From Trichinella spiralis (taxonomy: Eukaryota): 64,000 nucleotides of DNA. Shown one piece after another: positions 53,670 through 64,000 of this stretch. The notes under the pieces are model-generated. The model ran no database searches and was not told where the DNA came from. It was given only the letters and a program-made list of their open reading frames with translations. Location of the stretch: positions 1,669,647 through 1,733,646 of the forward strand of contig NW_003526943.1 in NCBI RefSeq assembly GCF_000181795.1. Reading direction: 5' to 3'. The position numbers were made by a program, and so were the translations under genes. How positions within the stretch are numbered: the stretch's first letter is position 1; the number at the start of each line of letters is the position of its first letter.

Positions 53670-56117
53670 TCAATAATCATCCAGATCGAAATCTGCAATT
53701 CCGTCTTCGATGTCGTGCATTGCAAAATCAACTCGATACCGCAAAATACCTGAACAGAATGGAATAAAATAAAATCTCATTGAACACAAAAAAACACTAA
53801 AATTAAAAATATCCTCATACCTCCAATACCACCAAACCCTTTCACAAACTGGGCACCTTCTTGAGATTTATCGGTCACAATTTCAAGAGCAGCTCCGAAT
53901 GATTTATAATTGTTGGCTAACCATTCCAGCATCGACACTGAATCTACAAGCTCCAACTCTGCGCCGGTCTCTTTATCCGTAAAATGTTGCTTTTCCGTTT
54001 CCGCTGATGCACTGCAAAATATTACTTTTTCCTCTAACAAAATATACAACAACAAATCAAAAATACTGCCTACAACAGCACAACAACGCGTTACCAGCAG
54101 TTTGGGTGTTGCGTAGTGTATAACGGATAATATCTAAATTTTCCCAACATATCAACGTTTCAACGGCTCCCATTTCAAGCCCTCTTAACGTATCATCTAT
54201 ACCGTAGACGTATTTGCCAGTGTCTTGGGAAATTTCATCAAAATATTTCGAAATAAGCTTCTTCTCTTGAATAAATTTCACGTAATGCAAAGCATCGGCG
54301 CTCAGTTCAATTGCTTGGTTGAATCCATTTTCCCCACCATAGGATACATCGACAATTTTTAATATTTTCGCTTGCAAACGCTGAAATTAACAGTATTGCA
54401 AAACATTACAAAGCTGAAATTATACAAAACATCATCAATAGTAAGCAAATTGAGAAAAAGTATAATTTTTTCATCGATAATTCAATTAACGAGGTGTTCT
54501 GAGAAAAATTTCACCAATGAACAGCACAATGTCTAACCTGATCAAGCATATCTGACTGGCCGAGTTCGGATTTGAAATCAGCACTTCCGGCCAACACTAG
54601 GCCACTGATGTTAACCTTATCATTTGTTATGAACATCTGTACAGCAGTTTCGGCAACTTTACGAACGTAGTTATGCCTTTTTTCCAAACGTAACCGAGCG
54701 AACCTCAAAGCAGACTGACCACCACGGCCTTAAAAAAAGTTACCTATTCAAAATAGAACTTTCAACAACGCATTCTACTACAATCACAATAATCTGTTAG
54801 TAAAAGAAATAATAATTTTAATTTAAAAAAAATAAAGTAAAATCATTCATTTATCAGCCATGTTGAATGCTTCACTAAAATACAGTATTCCGTGTTAAAA
54901 ACAACGTCATTCGGGTCAATATGAATTGAGAACAAACTGAAAAATGTTTGAAATTTTAACTTACCATGCTTTTTTGGCAAGTCGACAGTAAATTTCAGCA
55001 AAACTTCCCTTGAACTTCCCTGCAATGTACCAAATAAGGCACCATTACCATCCATGACGATGAATCCAAATTTGTTGTCATCTGCTAACAACGCTTGCAG
55101 AGCTTCCGTGTGAAATTTATTGTCACACTGATACAGTGAGGTATTGATTGGTTTGAATGGTTCAAAATCAATATTCACTTTTTTCTCTTTTCCTTCATCG
55201 GTGACAATCGTTCCACAGTATATGACTAATCCGTTTGGAGGCACTGTTACGAAAACGGAAAAATCAACATCAAATCATTTACATTGAATGCGTTACCTTT
55301 GTTATACAGTTTTAACCTAGCTTGGACGGAAGTAAGAGCGCCAAGGACAGACAGTCGATTAACGCGAGATTTTATATTGCTCGCAGTACCATATTCATCG
55401 GCTAACATTTTACTAGCCCGTAGAATTTGATCTTTTGGGGGAATAATTAGAGAAATCATTGACGTACCATTACTAAAATAATAAAAACACTGCAAAATTT
55501 AGATAAACATCCATTACAGTTTTATGATTCATCATTTTATCTTGCGGAAGTATAGTTGCACTGATGCTATAAACCGTTTGCCATTACACAATCAATAATT
55601 TCTATGAAACGTTTTGTGTACAATTTAACAAAAAAATAAGAGTAACTATTCATATAATATTTTAAAAAAGAACTAAAAATGAAAAACAAATAAATAAGTG
55701 TACACACTTCAGTGAAACTACAAAAGCTTCATGATATAAAATAAAATTTATCAACAAACTGAATAAGTACAAAATGAATATACAATAATAATTTAACAAG
55801 AAAATTACCTTCAAATAAAAAACAATACAGCTATCAGTAAAATAATAAATCAAAGAATAATTTACAGTAAACACTTAATATATTCAGATAATATTTAGTT
55901 ACTGGACAGCTAAAAAATATAAAAAAGGCATTTACCTTCAAAACATGGAAAAATAAATAAATAAATAAATAACAGATAGCATTTGTATTACTGTTAATAA
56001 AAAAATTTATTACCCTCGAGCAGCTTCTAGACTTTTGATTAGCCTTTTAACCTTCCAAATTTCAACATTTCTATCCGCTGAGCTATCATCCAGTCCATTA
56101 CCACCAGACGAAGCCAT
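53670..56117 (-). CDS. ETF1: Eukaryotic peptide chain release factor 1, 7 exons
   Basis: [78 protein letters not shown]...FDLDDY*. ATG 56117, TGA 53670-53672. Confidence 0.98.
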
Positions 56118-59100
56118 ATTACAAAGTCCTAAAATACTTCAATAAGAAAAACAAAAATCACAAGTTGAATTGATAAAGTAAAATTAAAGAAACTGAAAAC
56201 TGACAACCACAAAACTGACAAAACTAAAGAGCGACAACAACGCGACAACTATCAAAACGCAAAATACAGTACATTTAAGAAAATCATGTAACTTATTTAC
56301 TGTATATTTTGATTTGTCATACATTGCGCCCACACAAATGCATTGAAGTTATTACAGTTACAGTTGTTATATGTGCCGAAGTCATTTGTATAAAAATGAA
56401 AATTTATTTGATATTATGATAAACTGACATTCATTAAATATTGCAGTAGTAGCAAAAAGTAAAAATTAAAGGTGAATAAAAATAATATAAAATATACGTA
56501 TTGTAAAGCTGTTTACATATTGTCACATAAACAAAATACATTTTATTGAATTCAGTTATTTAGTATTTTATTAAAATGACAAAAATAAATAATTTTTTTT
56601 TCGCTTTCCATATCCAAACTAAACATATCTGTTCCATGTGAAGTGATACTTTTGTAAAATAATATTTTAATACTGGTTAAAGCACAATAAACAATTACAG
56701 TATTTTTTATAGATTCGATCTTTAATTGCACCTTTTACATCAATCTTGTTATGCGTGAAAACATAGTTCACATAAACACGGAAACGAAATACACAATGTA
56801 AATTAAGTAAAACAAACGTAGCAATTGTATTTTATTATTTACCACGCAGTTTAGTTAGCTTTTGAAACTATTTTAATCTTTTATTATTTTTATTTTTAAT
56901 GAAACATTTCAGAATATTTCTATATGTTGCTAAGAGGCAGCGTTGAAAATGACGGCAGCAAAAAAGGAAGATAATTTATAGTTTCAAATTTATTCCAGGA
57001 AAAAGGAAAATGAAAGACAAGAAGAGATCATAATTGGGTGAGTAGTAATAAATTGGAAAAAATTTTGCAGAGATGCTTTTTCTCTTTTTCACAGAACTGT
57101 TAAAATGATCGGCCAAAAAGCATAATTTATAGTCATAGATGTTTTATGAAATAAAACAAATCAGAAAAGATTTCATATTTGAATGAATGCATGTGAATTT
57201 TTGATTATTTTTAGTTTTTAAAAAAATTTTAAATATATTAAAAGTGCGCGTGGAATATTTCAAGCTGAAGTGACGTGCTGTTGTCATGTTGATCAGGTGT
57301 CGGCAATATATCAATCCAAAATCGTCTGATTTTGCGCACCTGTTGCTGCTGCTTTTACACGTAAGCAGAGATGCATTGGCAAAAACTGCTCGTCAAATTT
57401 GTCAGAAGTTTCTCAATTGCTTAGCAAAGAAAATGGAAAATCGTCGACAAAATGCAAATTACAAAGGACAGTTATTGAATAATTACAGTATTTCTTTTTC
57501 TTTATATTTTCATTTTGCTTGTAATTTGCTTGATGTAATTTCAGAACAGAATTTTGATGTGAAACAAAAAAGGGGAAATTTGAAATTACGTCTCTAATAA
57601 TGAATAGTTCATTTTTCCGCCGACATTGTTCACTCCCTTCGCAACTGTGCAAGAAAATTTCACTTTTCCATTTTACTATGTAAAAAAGTAGAATATTAAA
57701 AAAATCAAAAATTATATTATTCATTTACAAATTTCATCACTTTAATAGATAATTCGTTTTATAAAAGAGGAAAGTTGGAAAAACTTTTTTGCAAACACTG
57801 CTTATACTTGAAAATAAAGAGCAAGTAAGTTATGAAAAAAATTGATTATAAAATGTTCAAAGCAAAATGTTTCACAAATCAAAATTTGCTGCATATCAAA
57901 AAAAGCAGCAACATAAAAATGAAGAATCTTTTCATTTTTACAACTCATTTATAACATCAGCTAATTATTCAACAATGATCTATGTGAAAATTTGTAAATC
58001 ACCTGAAAGATTTTTATTTTCATCAACATTGCCTTTATCAAATAATAAACAGAGCATTGAACCTTATGTCAAACATTAATCTTCAGCTTTCAGTTATTTT
58101 TTAAACAAAAAATATGTTACACATGATTTTCATTTTTGTTAGCATGTGTTTTTCAATAGCATAATTTTCAAATTTGAAATATTTTTCCATTTAACTTAAA
58201 AAATATTAGTCATAATAATAATAATAATATGCATAAAGAAGATCTTTTTTCTATACCATAAATGACACTCATTATTATCAGCGTTTCAGTTTATAAATAA
58301 CAACAGCAATAATAATAAAGCTTTTGATTTTAATAATAACACCAAAACAAGTGCATATATGCACCAACAAGCATAAAGCTTACATTAAATGAAACGTGTA
58401 GTATTTGAAAGTTTGGATTAATTTAAAAGAAATTAATTACTGATTCAGCATTTTAGCAAATTATGCAAAAATACTCGTATGGCAATGCATAAAATTGATT
58501 TTGAAAATGAATTTCAAAATTGCACAAATAAAAATATGAATAACTATTGATAATATGAGTAGATCTATCAGCTAGCTAATGCCATGACGCAACTTTGCGA
58601 TTTGAAGCTGTTTGTTCAAACGTCATTTCAGAGACATTTTGATTGTAGATGTGGAAAAACAAAACAGAGAAGCACTTTTCAAGCATATCAAACATCAGTT
58701 CATTCTTAACAGCATGTAATTAAAGATTAATTTCAAATTTTCCAAAAGCACTTATTTGTGAGTTATTAAATTTTTGCTCAACCTGCCAACTCAAGATCAG
58801 TTTAATATTACAGTTGTGCTGAAATAATTTTTGCATTCTTTAACAATATACAACAGACAATATTTGCCATTGCAAATGTTTAAACATTCATTTTGCCATG
58901 AATATAACATGGTAAAGTTGTATTTCAATTAATTTAAAAAAATGTTACTATCGACACTATTGCTTTATTATTGAAAAATTATTTCCTCTTGCTTGTTTTA
59001 TATTAATGAACGTTTATTCTTTCGGTTTTGATCAATTTTTTTTGTTCACGCATGTTCATTTCACCTTTCTTTTATAACATATAATAAATTTGTTTCAAAA

Positions 59101-59330
59101 TGGAAATGAATGCTTACGAAAAATCATGATTAATTGCTTCTAACTTAATTGCTTATTTCCTTAATTTCAATTAAGGAATGAATTTATTCATAAAAAACTA
59201 TCTATATTGTTGTTATCATGTTTACAATGATGAAATAACCGATAATTGCATAGAAGTTGTTATTTGAGAAAAATTTCAATGCAAATCATTCAAAATAATA
59301 TAAATTTCATGCAACAGTAGCCTGCAATTT

Positions 59331-61597
59331 ATGACATATTAAGTGAAAACTTTAAAATATTAATTAGCAAAGATAAATCAAAATTTCACTTTAAACGGAA
59401 ATAATATTACATGCTTCATTTCATGGATTTCAGTTTTTCTTGTAAAGATGAAACTGCTTCAATATTGTTTGCTAATGAGACCAAAAGTCAATAAATTTGA
59501 ATTGTAACAAAATAGATAATTTTTATTTGTTCCCTCCATTTAATTGCTTGTTATTGTTGAAAATATTATTTTGAAAATTTCAAAAAATTGTTTTGGCTTG
59601 TTTGTTCAACTTTCTTTGTATGTTAAGAATATTTTTGAAAAATTACGTTTCATATTCAATCAGAAATGCAGCAGTTGTAAAATATTAATGTTAACATCTT
59701 TATGAAGTGAAGAAATTTGAATTGATTTGATCTTATTTATTCATTTATTATTTATTTTTTGTTTGGAATTTTTTGGTTTTCTCGCAATGAAAGGCGTTTC
59801 ATCATTTTTTATTTAGCGTCAAACGCCACCGGTCAAAGTGATACAGATTGACAAGCAGATCAGATGGAAAGGAAATGCAAGATTTATCAAATGGTTCAGC
59901 AAAGTTGTTCATAAACAGCAGAGAAGATAAAAAAGAGCCTCAGCTAAATTGCATGCAGCAAAAAATGAAATATACCAAGAAAGAAAATAGAAGATGGGAG
60001 ACGGGGGAGAGAGGGAGAGAGAGAGGGAGAGGAAAGGGAGAGGGTGAGGGAAAAGGAACGCGAAATTTTACTTTGAAATTAATGAACGTTCCTCACGGTG
60101 TTCAGGTTGTTGATTGATTTGCACCAAAGTCGAGGCTCAGTGTATGTATGAATCGATGAACTCATATCGTTAATTAATGTTATCGGTAATCTGGATGGTT
60201 TGCGACTTTGCTGCCTGACCGCCACTACACGTTGCACAGTTGGTCCGTAATAAGCAGGTAGTTGTCGAAGATTGAATTTTATTATTTTTTTCACTCCACA
60301 GTCTGTATGTATGTACTTTTTCCCTTTTCTACCTCTGTGCACCTCTGTGGTAACCGAAATCAATTGTCCGCTGTTGTTGTTGACGGTGTTGGATGCAATT
60401 TTGCACATGTCTTCTTTCCTGTGAGCTGCAAGCGAAGCTGTTGCTTTCGAGATTTCAAAGCTCGTCGTCAGTGCGGCCAGTTGCGGCTTCTTTAGCCGCT
60501 ACGGCTAAAAGAACAATCGTCATATTGCTTCATCAAAACGCCCAGACAGATCGCATCCCGAAACAACGAAAGCTACTTTAAAAGTATCCAATTTCACTTT
60601 TCCACTATGCTCTTTGCAAAGTGATTCATTCATTCGTTCATCCATCCATTCATTTGAGCAATATGAAAAAACAGCATGCAACAACACTTGCAAGCGGTGT
60701 GGCGGAGAGAAACACTGCCGTTGAATTGTGCCCCGGTGCTGTCACAGGCTTGCTTGTCCCATCCAATTTATTCTCAATTTGATCATAGCTTGATTTGTTG
60801 ATTTCGTACAAAGCATGCTTCGAGCAATCCACGCGACTTTACTGCTTGTGGTTTTTGTCAACGGTCTAGAGAACCGCACACGTTCAACCAAACAACGTCG
60901 CATTTGGCACGAAGATCGTTGGGCTCATAAAAGTAAAATTTTTTTTACTTGTTTAATTTCCAAATTATTGCCCAATTTCCAGAATCAGTCATATTTTCAA
61001 TTTTAAAAATAATTTCATCTGCTTAAATTTTATCCAAAACACACAATGCATAGTTTTATTAATTAGAATAATTGATCACATTCATAATCTCTTTACTGGT
61101 GATTGGCAAGCAGTTAAGCATTCAAAGTATTATTGTCTTTGTAGAATATCATCCTTATAGATTTTTTGCTTACACAAGGTGGAAACTTTCAAATTATATA
61201 ATCTTAAATACAATGATTTACGTGTGAAATGAGTACTTTTAGATATTTCAACACTGTAAAGTTGATCTGATAATTACATTATTGTGAAATGTAGAGTACA
61301 GATACATGCAACGTGAACAATATTATACACATTTATTTAAAGTCGTTTCTTTGCTTTGAAGTGTCGTATGATTAGTTTCCATGCAATTTTATATCGATTT
61401 TATCAGTTTGAATAAACAGAGAAATGACAAAATTCTTAGACACATTTACATTAAATATAACAGCTGCTTGTATAAATTTCACACTTACCATTCTCTTTTA
61501 TGACATATTAAGTGAAAGCTTTAAAACATTAATTAGCAAAGATAAATCAAAATTAAATTTTAATCAAAATTTCACTTAAACTGAAATAATGTTACAT
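59331..61597 (+). repeat. Pair of dispersed ~85-97 bp direct repeats (59331-59412 and 61500-61597)
   Basis: ATGACATATTAAGTGAAA.CTTTAAAA.ATTAATTAGCAAAGATAAATCAAAATT...TTCACTT.AAAC.GAAATAAT.TTACAT occurs twice; the second copy has an internal duplication. Confidence 0.85.
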
Positions 61598-64000
61598 AAT
61601 TAAAAGAACATGTGTTAATAATTTATTTAAAAAATCTTCAAACAAAACATTGTTTACATTGTTTGGGACCTTAAAAATGATGCTTTTTTAAAAAATATTC
61701 TGCAATTTTATTATCATATGCACGCCTGTTGACTACTTGACATTATATTTTTAATGTGCACGATGTTAAATTTTAGTTTGAATTAAAAAATGTTTTACTT
61801 TTTTTCTGAAATTGCTGTTTCGAAACTTCCCAACAAAAGCACTTTTATATAGAATATAAAAATACAATTTTCTGTTTTTTCACATAGAATTCCATATAGA
61901 ATAAACTTAGAAGTGTTCTTTTCTATAATATAATGGCAATCAAAATATAAATATATAAATAAATAAATAAATAAATATATTTTTTAAATACATTATCCTC
62001 TTTCTTGCATTACTATTCATTGATTTTAAGGTACTAATTCAAAGAATCTCTATTTCATCATGAAATATAAGCGCCTCAAACAATGGTTATTAAAGTCTCC
62101 CGTAAAAAATAATCGTTCACGTCCGCTGTGGTAATAATGTGAAATGAAAGTGGAAGCATCTGGAGAGAAGCTCATAATTTATTTTCGTAAAATTCACAAC
62201 GTGTGACGTTTTGCAATAACTTGCGCAGGATGAAATTTTATAGTTGTGTTATCCATTAGCTTTTGCGCATTTATAACAAAAATAAGAAATGTCAGCAAAA
62301 TTAAGCGCAGTTTATTCAAAAAATATACACATTTCAAGGGTGAGTTTTTCTTTCTAAAGGAATAGCACGTAAATTTGCCTGTGGCAATTAGTATAGAGAA
62401 GCACGTTTTTTTTATTGCCATTGGAAAGTTTTATTATTAAACGTTTTGAACATCCAGTTTATGAGCAAATTTTATTATTATTAAATTGCACAAATAATGA
62501 CCATTCTGAAACACTTTGAAAAAATTTTAAACAAATGACCAAGTTAATAATAATAATATACTGGATTTTTGATGTTTTTATCAATTGAAACCTTAAAATA
62601 TCATCTGAAAGTCAATTTCTTATGAAAATTTAATTTTCAAAAACTTTTTTCTGCTAAAATAATAATATTTAATAAGTACTGTTTGAAGAATTAAATCATT
62701 TTTCCGGCTAATTTATTAGAGATGTTAGTGCATTCTGTGCATGAGAATTGTTGACGCAGTTGCGTCGTTAGAAAATCAAAAGCTATTGATTGAGAAAATA
62801 ATTTCATCCCTCAGCATTGTTCATTTCCCCGAAGTCTCTCCTGCTAAGCGCAGAAGATAGAAGCAGACCATTTTGACATTTATGTAGTTAGATTTGCTTT
62901 GAAATGATAATTTTATAAAAATAGATGTGATTGGTTCAATATACATCTGCCGAACAATGGTTAGATGATATTGTGCATTTCACTCATTGTAAAGAACAAA
63001 ATCAGAGATTATTTTTTAGGGAAAATGATTATCACTGTAAAGATGATGAAATTTCAATTAAATCACCTCGTTTGTTTAATTTATGAATTAAGCTTCGCTT
63101 AAAAATATATCTCTTCGCAGTATTATCCCATGTCTGCATATTCATGCTATTGGAAATAAATTAATTTCATTTTAGGAAAATTTTATTGTGACAGTGCCTA
63201 TTTGAAATTAGACTTTGTTTGCGATTTGGACCACCAACTTAGTCACACTGAGGCAGAAATATTGAATCGCAGCTTAGTGAAAAAGTTCACACATTGTTTT
63301 GCTCAAAATGTCACCGACAGTTCAAAATACGCTATGGGCATTTTGCTGACCAATCAGCTTGTTCTGGATGATGTGTCCCGTTGCAACCGGTCAGGTAGTG
63401 CTAAACAAAAAAATCGCAGTTTGCATTCGCATACCGGTGATATGAATAAAATTGCCATGGATACTTTGAATAGGATGGCGAATTTTCTACGTCAGAGGTG
63501 GACTCATGATAAAAAATCTAATTGTTCAACGGATATTTTAGTCTTATTGGCAAAAAAATTCATCCTCTGCTATGAAGGTGAATTGATCATTGTTGAAGGC
63601 ACCAGCTTGCAACCGTTGGCAGCGGTCACGTTCAGCCAACGTCTTCGTGCGATCATTTCTGAACAAACCGCTTTAGAAATTATCAAGCGTCATTTAAATC
63701 GACAATCCACAAGCAATAAATCATACAGTACTGGTATGACTGTTCTACTCAAAGTTTTGCAAGGCTTGGATGAGCTTGTTACTGAAAAGTCAGTTGAACA
63801 TGGTATTAATTTGAATAGCAACAACAACAACTACAGCAGCAGCAACAACAACAATAACAATAGCATCATTAAAACAAGTGAACTTGAATCAACCGTCCAA
63901 GCAGCAATACCTATGTGGGCAATAATATTGTTTTTTGTCTCAATCATATTGACATGCTTGTGTGCTATAGTAGGCCATTGGATCAATTCGGATGGTCAAC
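60815..64000 (+). CDS. MOLO-1/TPM-domain-like type I membrane protein, partial (exon 60815-60932, exon 63176 to window end)
   Basis: Signal-peptide exon MLRAIHATLLLVVFVNG-LENR...WHEDRWAHK has a phase-1 GT donor. It joins in frame at TTTAG|63176 to an open frame of >270 codons: KFYCDSAYLKLDFVCDLDHQLSHTEAEILN... (cf. MOLO-1 FVCDPD..L...EA..L), LRQRW...NCSTDILVLL, an Asn/Ser tract, then TM AIPMWAIILFFVSIILTCLCAIVG. No stop within the window. Confidence 0.65.

Noticed and set aside
53660..53680. Autoregulatory readthrough signal at the eRF1 stop
   Set aside because: The context is TGA-AAA rather than a leaky TGA-C context, and no evident downstream extension was seen.
62720..63170. Extra exons of the MOLO-1-like gene
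   Set aside because: Several AG/GT signals are present, but I found no phase-consistent stop-free path; exon 1 joins 63176 directly in frame.

Overview
AT-rich, intron-containing eukaryotic genomic DNA. The short GT-AG introns, AT/AAT microsatellites and protein content suggest a nematode, probably clade I (Trichinella-like); this taxon call is an inference. From left to right: the 3' end of an ASK1/NSY-1 MAP3K (SAM domain), a small 2-exon orphan gene, PITHD1 and cyclin Y (both minus), an intronless 2-Cys peroxiredoxin, and a single-exon Id/Emc-type HLH gene in a ~14 kb gene desert with E-box-rich islands. Next is a ~21 kb tandem array of four intact 6-exon minus-strand genes for secreted multi-PAN/Apple-domain proteins. 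The array holds Tigger/pogo, hAT, piggyBac and solo-LTR relics, several with recognisable TSDs. The right end carries an orphan single-pass membrane protein, HSPA13/STCH, eRF1 (with an unusual YQCDNKF motif) and a MOLO-1/TPM-like membrane protein gene running off the window end. All gene models were built by eye from splice signals and reading-frame phase; no database searches were run.
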